DNA from: a bacterium
GTDB taxonomy: Bacteria; Bacteroidota; Ignavibacteria; UBA10030
Length of the DNA: 28,923 nt
Direction of reading: 5' to 3'
Assembly: GCA_043803945.1 (NCBI GenBank)
Contig: JAZDJN010000047.1
Span: forward strand, 1-28,923
A program made the position numbers and the translations under genes. Each line of letters opens with the position of its first letter. Position 1 is the first letter of the stretch. This document shows, piece by piece, positions 18,345 to 26,687 of this stretch. The notes beneath the pieces were generated by a model. It ran no database searches, was not told the DNA's origin, and saw only the letters and a program-made list of their open reading frames with translations.

Positions 18345-19349
18345 TCAACGATAGGCCGCTTCTTTTACCAACCATTTTCTCCAATTCAATTGCCACTCCG
18401 ATAAAGTATTTTTGTTAATCACAGAGATTGGGGTGTAGAGTAATGGCTGGGGAGGAGATTGATTTCTCAGAACTTTGTCGGCAATAATTTTCACTGATTC
18501 ATAACCTAACTTAAAGCAATTCACACTTACCAATACCTGAATATGACCGCTCTCAACATATATCAATGCGTTTGGGACAGCTTGTAAACACACTGCTTTA
18601 ACTTCACCTGGTGACCAAGGCAAACTTTTTTTCAAAGTCACAGCCCAGCTTCCAAATAGGGCCCATCCTTTGATGCTGCGATTTGCTGTATACGCACGGG
18701 ACAAGACTTCGATAGCTTTTTGTGGAGTCTCTTCATTGTGAAATTCATTTTTCGGAAGAAGCAAGATTCCAGGGTAACGCGCAAGTTCATCTTTTAATCC
18801 ATGGAGCCGCTGCTGTTGATTGAAGGCTTTTGGATTGCCAGCCAGCACGGCAATTGTTCCTTTTCCACCCAGCTGAGTGGCGAGTTCTTTCATCATTGCT
18901 TTTCCAAATTCAATGTCGTTGGCTCCGTAATAAGCAAAGCGTTTGCTGGTCGGTGCATCCGAATCGAAGCATAAGACCGGAATGCCTTGAGCCACGGCTT
19001 TATCGATGTATGGAGTGAGATACTCAGCATCGGTACAGGCAATCGCAATGGCATCCACTCTTGCACGAATAAATTTTTCTATTGTCGCAGCTTGTTCTTT
19101 GACGTTTTCTGAATTTTGCGGTGATTGCCAATCGATAATAATTTCAGTCTGATATTGTGGACCGAGCTCTTTGGCAGCGACGTGCGCTCCAGTGTTCGCT
19201 GCCTGAAATACCGGGCTCGTGCCAATCTTGGCAATCATCCCAATGGTGATTTTCTTTTTTGCTGAATTGTTTTGTCCAATGACGACACTGTTCAATACCA
19301 AAGAAAAAATAATAATGAGCAGGAAGATGAAGAGAACTTTTCGTTTCAT
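18345..19349 (-). CDS. Periplasmic sugar-binding protein (RbsB/LsrB-like, Peripla_BP_4)
   Basis: Signal peptide; VDAIAIA, IDKAVAQGIPVLCFDSDAP, QQRLHG. 334 aa. Confidence 0.85.
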   Translation of the reverse strand: MKRKVLFIFLLIIIFSLVLNSVVIGQNNSAKKKITIGMIAKIGTSPVFQAANTGAHVAAKELGPQYQTEIIIDWQSPQNSENVKEQAATIEKFIRARVDAIAIACTDAEYLTPYIDKAVAQGIPVLCFDSDAPTSKRFAYYGANDIEFGKAMMKELATQLGGKGTIAVLAGNPKAFNQQQRLHGLKDELARYPGILLLPKNEFHNEETPQKAIEVLSRAYTANRSIKGWALFGSWAVTLKKSLPWSPGEVKAVCLQAVPNALIYVESGHIQVLVSVNCFKLGYESVKIIADKVLRNQSPPQPLLYTPISVINKNTLSEWQLNWRKWLVKEAAYR

Positions 19350-19523
19350 AGTACAATCCTAATTTAAATGAATGGATAATCAGATTATTCTGGTTCTCTA
19401 AGAACGATCTGTCATTAATGGTGTTCATTGATTAATCGACGTGGTGGGATGTTTTCTTTTCCTGTTTTCAACGAACACCTTATGTCGATCTAAAAATATC
19501 TGCCTCAGCCAATTATTGACTCA

Positions 19524-19552
19524 ATGATAAGACAGTAATGATGTTTTGTCAA
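19524..19552 (-). promoter_or_regulatory. Near-consensus sigma70 promoter upstream of the sugar-binding protein gene
   Basis: Minus strand TTGACA (19552-19547)-N17-TATCAT (19529-19524), about 175 bp upstream of the ATG. Confidence 0.6.
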
Positions 19553-19849
19553 GCATTGGAAAGAAAGAAGAGTAAATAAGGAAAAGATTATTATGAACAG
19601 TTTGGGATGAAAATCTCTTTTTGACTGCCTGCCGGCAAGTGTGCCAATTCTACAACAAGGTAAAATTCTAGGCGATAAAATCGAAGCTGTCATATAATGA
19701 GTTAGCAGAAGTGTTAACAGTTCGAAAAAGTAGAGAATTGGTCCTCAAATCTGCTCCAATCACCTCGACAACCAATTCCCAATCACGCTGCACCAAATCC
19801 TAAATAAATACATTCTTCAATACTTTTGTTTTACACATCCCCCCCATTT

Positions 19850-19920
19850 AAAAACAGCAAAGGGCTGCCTCACGTATGAGACAGCCCCTCTCGGGTGCCC
19901 GGAACCCCGTGGGAAAAGGT
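19850..19920 (-). repeat. att-like repeat copy 1: tRNA 3'-end remnant plus intrinsic terminator
   Basis: 19850-19904 matches 26548-26602 at 51/55. The minus strand reads TTCCGGGCAC then hairpin AGGGGCTGTCTCA-TACG-TGAGGCAGCCCT and a T-rich tail. Confidence 0.75.
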
Positions 19921-20005
19921 TTGCTCAAATCAGATTTATCGAAAACGTACATCCCATTCATCCTAAGTTTTTTTTAAAGTCTTTTTTCGGACACTTTTAG
20001 TTCTC

Positions 20006-20034
20006 CGCGATATTTAATCTCTATTTTTGTCTAA
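20006..20034 (+). promoter_or_regulatory. Putative ECF sigma-dependent promoter, copy 1
   Basis: CGCGATATTT-N11-TTGTCTAA, repeated with identical spacing at 20661-20689. GTCTAA resembles ECF -10 elements. Confidence 0.7.
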
Positions 20035-20086
20035 TCAATAAGTGCTATTATATATGCACACATTGAAATGCCAAAATTTTATTGAA

Positions 20087-20659
20087 ATGGCGAAAATAAC
20101 GGACGCAAAATTACTTCAAAATTCAGCGCTTTCAGATTTTAAGGAGCTCTTCGAGACATATCACGATCTGATCTTCAGCGTATGCTATCGAATGACGGGT
20201 AACCGGACAGTGGCAGAAGATCTTACGCAGGATGTGTTTTTTAATGCCTACAAAGCTCATCATGAATTCCGCAATGACTCACAAATCTCAACCTGGCTGT
20301 ATCGCATTGCTGTGAATGTTTCGCTCAACTACGAAACGAGGAAGAAGCGGGTAAAGTGGTTCTCCCTTGACGTTTTTCTCAATCCTGAAGCAGATGAGGC
20401 ATTTCAAGACCTTTTTTGCACCAACGACACACCTCAGGCACAACTAGAGCAGGCAGAGCGGGAACAGCGCATTTTGAAGGCAATCAACTCGCTTCCTCCA
20501 AAGCAACGTATCGCACTTCTCTCCAATAAGTACGAAGGTTTATCATATGAAGCGATAGCTCTCTCAATGAATTGCTCGGTCAATGCTGTTCGATCGTACA
20601 TTTTCCGTGCCAAACAAACATTATCCAGAAAACTCAATTTATCGAAAGAACGAATATGA
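20087..20659 (+). CDS. ECF RNA polymerase sigma-70 factor
   Basis: AEDLTQDVF, STWLYRIAVN, LPPKQR, GLSYEAIA, VRSYIFRAK. Start uncertain (20042, 20054 or 20087). Confidence 0.93.
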   Translation: MAKITDAKLLQNSALSDFKELFETYHDLIFSVCYRMTGNRTVAEDLTQDVFFNAYKAHHEFRNDSQISTWLYRIAVNVSLNYETRKKRVKWFSLDVFLNPEADEAFQDLFCTNDTPQAQLEQAEREQRILKAINSLPPKQRIALLSNKYEGLSYEAIALSMNCSVNAVRSYIFRAKQTLSRKLNLSKERI

Positions 20660-20660
20660 A

Positions 20661-20689
20661 CGCGATATTTTGCAAAAACGATTGTCTAA
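20661..20689 (+). promoter_or_regulatory. Putative ECF sigma-dependent promoter, copy 2 (upstream of the anti-sigma gene)
   Basis: CGCGATATTT-N11-TTGTCTAA directly after the sigma stop codon. Confidence 0.7.
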
Positions 20690-20707
20690 CTAACAGAGAG
20701 GCTCAAG

Positions 20708-21169
20708 ATGAATCATAGCGAAGCTAAGGCAAATTTATTCCTTTATATCGACGGCGACTTTCCAAAAGAGACCTCCATTCGTATGGATACTCATCTCCGT
20801 GACTGCGCAGAATGCAGGCAGACGCTCAATCTGGCCCGCCCGCTCTGGGCGACCGAAATTCCTCTATCCTCAAGCTCACACGTATACTTTGGATGGACAC
20901 GATTGGAAAATCGGATCGTGAATTACAATCGCCATACTCTACGCGAGACCGTTCGTCCATCGCTCTTGGTCGGACTGAGGATTGCTACTGTGTCAGTACT
21001 TCTTTGCGGTGCAATAATGCTTGGGAAACATCTAGGTGATTTTACCGGCACGGAACAGGCAGATGGTACCAAGGTGATCTCTCAGCTTCACCTCGATAAA
21101 TTTCAATTACCCGAATCCGATCCATTTATCAATACTGTGGTCAGATTCAATGAAGAGTTTGGAAAGTGA
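20708..21169 (+). CDS. Zinc-binding (ZAS, zf-HC2) transmembrane anti-sigma factor
   Basis: LYIDGD...HLRDCAEC (HxxxCxxC) and a single TM helix LLVGLRIATVSVLLCGAIML, directly downstream of the ECF sigma. Confidence 0.88.
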   Translation: MNHSEAKANLFLYIDGDFPKETSIRMDTHLRDCAECRQTLNLARPLWATEIPLSSSSHVYFGWTRLENRIVNYNRHTLRETVRPSLLVGLRIATVSVLLCGAIMLGKHLGDFTGTEQADGTKVISQLHLDKFQLPESDPFINTVVRFNEEFGK

Positions 21170-21177
21170 GGCAGGTG

Positions 21178-21711
21178 ATGCAGAGAAAATTGTTCTTAGG
21201 AATGATGGGCTTTCTCACAATCGTGAATATCAGCGCGCTAGGCACAATGATCTATAACAAGGTTATTTTTGCCCGGGAATCCACCCCCGCTAGAATGTCA
21301 ATGCACAAACCTGACTCGTTGAACAATTGTATTGAAGCAGAATGCCCGATGGCGACAGAACTAGGTTTGACAGAACAACAGATGAAACAAATGCGCGAAC
21401 AGCAAACCCTGATTAACAGAAATATATTAGGATTGTCGCGTGAGGTGGCTGAGAAACGAATCGCTCTCATTCAGGAATTAATAAAGTCAAAGCCTGATAT
21501 CACCAGGATGAACCAAACACTCAAAATCGTAGACTCTTTACAAAGCTCCATTCAACATATAACAATACAGAATTTGCTTGAGGTTAAAAAAGTCCTCAAT
21601 CAAGAACAACAAGAAATTCTCTTTTATCAAATCCTGAGAGAATGTAAAACCGGAATGAGTCGAACATTCCAATATCAAGATACAACAACCACACATCATG
21701 AAAGGAATTAA
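21178..21711 (+). CDS. Periplasmic heavy-metal sensor family protein (Spy/CpxP/ZraP/CnrX-like)
   Basis: N-terminal anchor ending NISALGT; two LTxxQ-type motifs (ELGLTEQQ, VLNQEQQ) flanking a helical hairpin; Met/Cys/His-rich linker. Alternative GTG start at 21166. Confidence 0.82.
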   Translation: MQRKLFLGMMGFLTIVNISALGTMIYNKVIFARESTPARMSMHKPDSLNNCIEAECPMATELGLTEQQMKQMREQQTLINRNILGLSREVAEKRIALIQELIKSKPDITRMNQTLKIVDSLQSSIQHITIQNLLEVKKVLNQEQQEILFYQILRECKTGMSRTFQYQDTTTTHHERN

Positions 21712-21714
21712 ATT

Positions 21715-22050
21715 ATGGCTCGCGCAAAAACTCTCATCGTGATTCTTCTCCTGATCTTTCTGATCGGTTCAGCAGGATTGGTTTCCGTTCTCGGTCAAAC
21801 GCAGGACAAACCAAAAACCCAAACCACTGAAATGAAAAAGGGTCAGTGCACAGATTGCAAAGACTGCAAAGGCACGTGTACCGATTGCAAAGGAAATTGT
21901 AAAGACAGCAAAGGGAAGTGTACAGATTGTAAAAACTGTAAAGATAATTGCAAGGAGTGCAAAGGGAATGGAAAAGAGTGCAAGGGTAATTGCACAAACG
22001 GCCATGAGAAGAAGGCCGGTCCATCGATGAAGCAACAGAAAAAGAAGTAA
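21715..22050 (+). CDS. Small exported Cys/Lys-rich repeat protein (metallothionein-like, 13 Cys)
   Basis: AAGGA RBS; starts 3 bp after the previous stop; signal peptide/anchor then KGQCTDCKDCKGTCTDCKGNCKDSKGKCTDCKNCKDNCKECKGNGKECKGNC; followed by a hairpin. Confidence 0.8.
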   Translation: MARAKTLIVILLLIFLIGSAGLVSVLGQTQDKPKTQTTEMKKGQCTDCKDCKGTCTDCKGNCKDSKGKCTDCKNCKDNCKECKGNGKECKGNCTNGHEKKAGPSMKQQKKK

Positions 22051-22060
22051 GCTCGAAAAT

Positions 22061-22121
22061 ACCTCCCAACCTTCCAAGAATGTCAGGAATTTCCATTTCT
22101 TGGAAGGCGAGGTGGTGTTTT
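22061..22121 (+). terminator. Hairpin closing the ECF operon (possible terminator or REP)
   Basis: CCTTCCAAGAA (22070-22080) pairs with TTCTTGGAAGG (22097-22107); outer ACCTC/GAGGT; followed by GTTTT. Confidence 0.5.
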
Positions 22122-22123
22122 GT

Positions 22124-22470
22124 TCAGAACGTGAACACACTGTCAGCGTCGATGGTCCTGTGAAAAGTTCTGCTGTATTGCCTATCTCTATTCATCCCAC
22201 GAGCGGAATATTACGGATTCCTCTCGCATCAGTTCTTATGCCACAAACATTAACTTTACCACCTTGGCTTAGAATGGATTTCAACATCCGTTCGATATTG
22301 AAGTACCCTTGCGGAACATTCTCTGTACGAAGGGCGTCACTGACAGCGTCTGCCATCAGGAAGAAGTTCACTTGCACGGCGGGGTGATCTATCTGTAACG
22401 CCATTGCCAATCACAGCCTGTTATATATCACCTCGATTCCATATGGAGCATTGTCGATGAGAATAGACAT
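22124..22470 (-). pseudogene. DsrE/YchN-family protein pseudogene
   Basis: Reads MSILIDNAPYGIEVIYNRL*LAMAL...FFLMADAV...PQGYFNIERML...VCGIRTDARG...LVG*IEIG..., then a frameshift to IDADSVFTF*. Two in-frame TGA codons and one frameshift. Confidence 0.8.
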
Positions 22471-22680
22471 GTCCCTGTGGAATCCTTTGAATGTTTAGGA
22501 TGCTTCAAAAATTCACCCAATGTATTTTGGATGAACTTGAAAGTTGTAACATTGGAATGACTCCGAAGACAAGAAGCAGTACAGTCCCAGGTCAACGAAA
22601 ATCCAGGTTGAAACAGAAGGAAGAAACGGATATAATGATTAAAAATAAGTTATCAATTTTCATCAGCGTGCAATCTGTCT

Positions 22681-24315
22681 ATGGGACATAAGAGAACAAA
22701 TCGCATCGTAGCAGCGGCAGTTTTTGCCATCACACTTCTTACATATCTTTTTACTTTACCACCCACGGTAGTCTTCTGGGATGTTCCTGAGCATTGTGCC
22801 GCATCGTACCTTCTCCAGGTACAACATCCGCCTGGTTCTCCGTTGCTTGTGATTATCATGCGAGTTGCTTCGATGATACCGATATTCTCCGATATCGCCG
22901 TCAGAATGAATTTCATCAATGCGTTGGCAAGCTCAATCGTGGTCACGCTGCTGTATCTCATCACAGTCCGGATTATCCTCCTGCGCCAGTTTGTCTTTTC
23001 AACGGATGGTCTCAAATTCGTTGTTGTTGCATCGTTAATATTTTTCAGTGTCTACCCCGGTATTGTGAAATGGTTTCCATCAATGCTTGATGGGGAAGTG
23101 TGGGGTAAAAAATCAGATCTATGGATTGTTCTCGCGATTGCCTTGCCCCTCGCCGCCATCTCTGTGCTGTTCTACTCAGTGAAAAAGAAAAACAGGATTC
23201 TCAATATTGCAGCACTCTCGGTATTGTTCATCCTCCTTGGATATTCCATCTATGCGGTTGTCTTCATCCGTGCAAATGTGAATCCGCCGATGAATGAAAA
23301 TGATCCAAGCACTCTTCAAAGACTGGTATTATATTTGGAACGTGAACAATACGGCGAGACACCACTCCTGGAGCGCCGATGGTCGAACGAACCGGAAAAG
23401 GCGCAGTACTTCAAGAATTATACAAGCGATTTCGACTATCTCTGGAGCTACCAGATCAACCATATGTACCTCCGCTATTTCGGATGGAATTTCATCGGTA
23501 AGGAAGACGATTGGCAAGGGGCCGGCGTTCGCTTCGGCCAGCTATACGGTATACCGTTTCTCCTCGGCTTGATCGGTTTTTTCTATCATTGGAAGATTGA
23601 TCAGAAAATGGCCTTCATCATGACGATATATTTTATCCTCACCGGACTTGCCTTGGCGGTGTATTTTAATATGCAGCAGGAACAACCGCGTGAGCGAGAC
23701 TACTTTTTCGTCTACTCATTTTTCGGTTTTTGCCTTTGGATAGGTCTTGGGACACTCGCCATTGTCAACTACCTGGAACAAAAACTGAAAGAGAGAACAG
23801 CGCGCATCGCTGGGTACGCAGCGATGGCGGCCGCGTTCGTTTTTGTTCCGGTGAATATGTTCCGAACGACGGTTCATCCCTCGAGCCGTTCTGGGCATTT
23901 CGTCACTTGGGACTATGCGTACAACTTGCTTCAAAGCACTGAAAAAGATGCAATCCTGATCACCCACGGAGACAATGATACCTTTCCGCTCTGGTATCTC
24001 CAGGATGTTGAAGGTGTTTGTAGAGACGTCCGCGTCATTTGCCTGAGTCTGGCGAATACCGATTGGTACATAAAGCAGTTGAAGCACAATGAGCCTTACG
24101 GAGCGAAAAAGGTCCCTATTAGCATGACGGACGAACAGATCACTGGAATTCTTCCTGTTCAATATGAGCCGCAAATGGTTTCATTGCCTGTAACGCGGAA
24201 CGCGGCGGAAGGATGGGATAGTTCAAATACAGACCCACGTGGATTGGAGGTCGTTGACACATTGAAATATCATCAAAAACAGGGATGCGCAATTCTCTCA
24301 TGGCATTTATCCTGA
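22681..24315 (+). CDS. DUF2723 (TMEM260-like, GT-C-type) membrane protein; appears internally deleted and C-terminally truncated, possible pseudogene
   Basis: PTVVFWD..E, HPPG, NPPMNENDP, YLEREQYG, MYLRYFGWNFIG, PRERDYF, GDNDTFPLWYLQ. The AVEAEVY...GVH segment I expect after the second helix is missing. Confidence 0.75.
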   Translation: MGHKRTNRIVAAAVFAITLLTYLFTLPPTVVFWDVPEHCAASYLLQVQHPPGSPLLVIIMRVASMIPIFSDIAVRMNFINALASSIVVTLLYLITVRIILLRQFVFSTDGLKFVVVASLIFFSVYPGIVKWFPSMLDGEVWGKKSDLWIVLAIALPLAAISVLFYSVKKKNRILNIAALSVLFILLGYSIYAVVFIRANVNPPMNENDPSTLQRLVLYLEREQYGETPLLERRWSNEPEKAQYFKNYTSDFDYLWSYQINHMYLRYFGWNFIGKEDDWQGAGVRFGQLYGIPFLLGLIGFFYHWKIDQKMAFIMTIYFILTGLALAVYFNMQQEQPRERDYFFVYSFFGFCLWIGLGTLAIVNYLEQKLKERTARIAGYAAMAAAFVFVPVNMFRTTVHPSSRSGHFVTWDYAYNLLQSTEKDAILITHGDNDTFPLWYLQDVEGVCRDVRVICLSLANTDWYIKQLKHNEPYGAKKVPISMTDEQITGILPVQYEPQMVSLPVTRNAAEGWDSSNTDPRGLEVVDTLKYHQKQGCAILSWHLS

Positions 24316-24363
24316 TTACATTAAAAGACTATATCCTTATTACATAAAACGGAAAGCCCAAAA

Positions 24364-26073
24364 ATGAACGACTCTTGCAGATCAATCAGCGAGCTTGATC
24401 TCTCTCCGATTCCCGGTAAACACTATTGGCACTGCGATCGCGAATGGCGTGAGGATTTTGTCTACTTTCTTATGGTGGATCGCTTTCATGACGATCAATT
24501 GAGGATGCCTCTGCTTCATCCTGGCAGATCGCGGGGAAGCGGCACACGGGAACAACTGAGAAGATTCTATGGTGGCACACTCAAAGGTATCCGCAATAAT
24601 ATCGATTACATCCGCGGACTTGGCTGCACAGCGATCTGGCTCAGTCCGATCTTTGAAAATAATGACGCGCCGGATCTACGCTCTGACAAGTATCATGGCT
24701 ATGCAATCCAGAATTATCTGGCTGTCGATCCGCGCTTCGGAACAAAACAGGATCTGATCGACCTTGTGAATGCCGCTCATGATCAGAACATGCGGATCTT
24801 TCTCGACGTTGTCGCCAACCACAGCGGAGACAACTGGTTCTATCTTGGGAATGAATCCAAAGTCTACGACAAAGGGAGAGAATATCCGTTTGGCGGATGG
24901 CGTAATCCGGATCGCCCGTTGCCCATCGAATTGCGCAATCCAAAATTGTACGGAAGAAAAGGGGAAATTTGCAATTGGGATGCAATGCCGGAAACCCTCG
25001 ATGGAGATTTCTTCGTACTCAAGGGCTTCAAGAACGATGAATCGGCCGATGGCCTTGCGTTGCAGGATATCATCATCAAGGCTCACTGCTACTGGATGCG
25101 TGAAGCGGACATAGATGGGTTTCGGATGGATGCGGTAAAACATATGGGCGAACTAGCAATTGCCCGTTTCTGTTCGAGCATCCGTGAGTATGCGTACCTG
25201 CTTGGTAAGAGGCATTTTCTTCTCTTCGGCGAACTAGTCGCGGGTGACGCAGCAGCCCATCGGTATATCGGACCGAACACTCCAACGGAAAAAGGAAATA
25301 AAACAGTTTACTTTGGGCTCGATTCTGTGTTGGATTTCCCGCTCTATTGGACCCTGCCAGCAGTTCTGAAAGGATTTCGCCCGCCGGCGGAATTGATAAA
25401 TCGCTATGAAGCATTACGCGAGAATGCTCTTCACCGCGGAGAAATGGGACGCTATTTGATTACTTTTCTTGATAACCATGATCAGATCGGGATGGACTAC
25501 AAACAACGTTTCGCTGCAAACACTGATGATCGACAGGTTATCGCGGGAGTCGGTTATCTGCTTTGCGCATTGGGGACTCCCTGCATCTATTACGGGACAG
25601 AACAGGGACTTGCGGGAGAGGGGTTTGGAGACGAATATATTCGGGAAGCGATGTTTGAATTGGATTCGTCGGGGAAGAACATACTGAACACAAAGTGCTC
25701 AATCTATAAAGCGATTGCACAGATAGCCTGTGTGAATCAGCAGTATGAAGCTCTTCGTTTTGGCCGAATGTACTTTCGCGAAATCTCAGGCAATGGGACA
25801 GATTTCGGGTTGCCGCAAGGTCATCCCTGCACACTCGCATTTTCCCGGATTCTTGCGGGTCAGGAAATTCTCGTTGCCTATAATACTTCGGTGACTGAAG
25901 TGAGAGAAGACTATGTAATTGTTGACAATGTGGTGCAGCAAGCCGGGAAGCGTATGGAATTTCTGTACGGCGGTGCGGGCTCAACAGAAGTGCTCAGTCA
26001 TACTGACCCCGGTAATCAATCTCGTTTCATACGCCTGAGACTCGATCCGATGCAATTTGTTATCTTAAAATAA
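24364..26073 (+). CDS. GH13 alpha-amylase family protein (cytoplasmic)
   Basis: YFLMVDRF, GGTLKGI, YHGY, DVVANH, DGFRMDAVKH, FGE, FLDNHD, PCIYYGTEQ. Catalytic triad intact; no signal peptide. Confidence 0.92.
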   Translation: MNDSCRSISELDLSPIPGKHYWHCDREWREDFVYFLMVDRFHDDQLRMPLLHPGRSRGSGTREQLRRFYGGTLKGIRNNIDYIRGLGCTAIWLSPIFENNDAPDLRSDKYHGYAIQNYLAVDPRFGTKQDLIDLVNAAHDQNMRIFLDVVANHSGDNWFYLGNESKVYDKGREYPFGGWRNPDRPLPIELRNPKLYGRKGEICNWDAMPETLDGDFFVLKGFKNDESADGLALQDIIIKAHCYWMREADIDGFRMDAVKHMGELAIARFCSSIREYAYLLGKRHFLLFGELVAGDAAAHRYIGPNTPTEKGNKTVYFGLDSVLDFPLYWTLPAVLKGFRPPAELINRYEALRENALHRGEMGRYLITFLDNHDQIGMDYKQRFAANTDDRQVIAGVGYLLCALGTPCIYYGTEQGLAGEGFGDEYIREAMFELDSSGKNILNTKCSIYKAIAQIACVNQQYEALRFGRMYFREISGNGTDFGLPQGHPCTLAFSRILAGQEILVAYNTSVTEVREDYVIVDNVVQQAGKRMEFLYGGAGSTEVLSHTDPGNQSRFIRLRLDPMQFVILK

Positions 26074-26234
26074 AAATCCTCGGGACATTATCAGAATCCA
26101 TATTCATCAATGGCGATTCTGGATTAGCGTGAACGATGAAAGAGGTTTCGTGTTTATTATGGGAATAAACGCAAAGAGGGTTTAGCTCGTAGTTGAACTA
26201 AGTCCGTTCAATAAACCATTCAGGAGGAACCATA

Positions 26235-26547
26235 ATGCCCGAGTCATTAACATCATCCAAGAAGTTACAGTGGAGGTGAGTTGGCATCACCCTGCTTCTG
26301 TATGTGGTATTCTAGCGATCACCATTACTCATTGTTGTTTCCATGCGTGCTTCCAGGTTCGCCGAACTATTCTCCTTTACTTGGTTATTTTCAGGCATCA
26401 TTCTTATAGGGGCCGTTGCAGGATATTCGTCCAAAGCTGTCACAATCCGGGAATCTGTAATTGCGGGAGCAGAATTAACCGCTCTTTGCTTTATCGCATT
26501 TGTAATCTTGTCTCCAATAAAACCTCCAATTCTTCAAGTGCGCATTC
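26235..26547 (+). pseudogene. Membrane protein remnant
   Basis: AGGAGG RBS then MPESLTSSKKLQWR*VGITLLLYVVF*RSPLLIVVSMRASRF...GIILIGAVAGYSSKAVTIRESVIAG. Two in-frame stops, in frame with the 26343 ORF, running into att-like copy 2. Confidence 0.6.
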
Positions 26548-26662
26548 AAAAACAACAAAGGGCTACCTCACGTATGAGACAGCCCCTCTCCCGTGCCCGG
26601 AATTCCGCCAGAAAGCGGCGGGATTTCGTGAGGGTCGACTAACGACCCTCACTCAACAGGAC
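26548..26662 (-). repeat. att-like repeat copy 2: tRNA 3'-end remnant plus terminator, interrupted by a double-hairpin insert
   Basis: GTGCCCGGAA (26593-26602), insert 26603-26656, then CAGGAC. The terminator hairpin is shared with copy 1. Confidence 0.75.
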
Positions 26663-26687
26663 AACAATTTCTGTTCTGATGAACGGT

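Noticed and set aside
21835-22010. Multiheme cytochrome or ferredoxin reading of the Cys-rich protein
   Set aside because: No CxxCH motif (the only His is in CTNGH) and no CxxCxxCxxxCP ferredoxin signature.
22124-22470. Selenocysteine or TGA recoding in the DsrE-like gene
   Set aside because: The TGA codons fall where Arg (CGA) and Gly (GGA) are expected, not Cys. A frameshift is also present, and intact genes in the window use TGA as stop.
1280-25984. Numerous short antisense or alternate-frame ORFs nested in the large genes
   Set aside because: They are fully overlapped by well-supported CDSs and lack motifs, as expected for chance ORFs.
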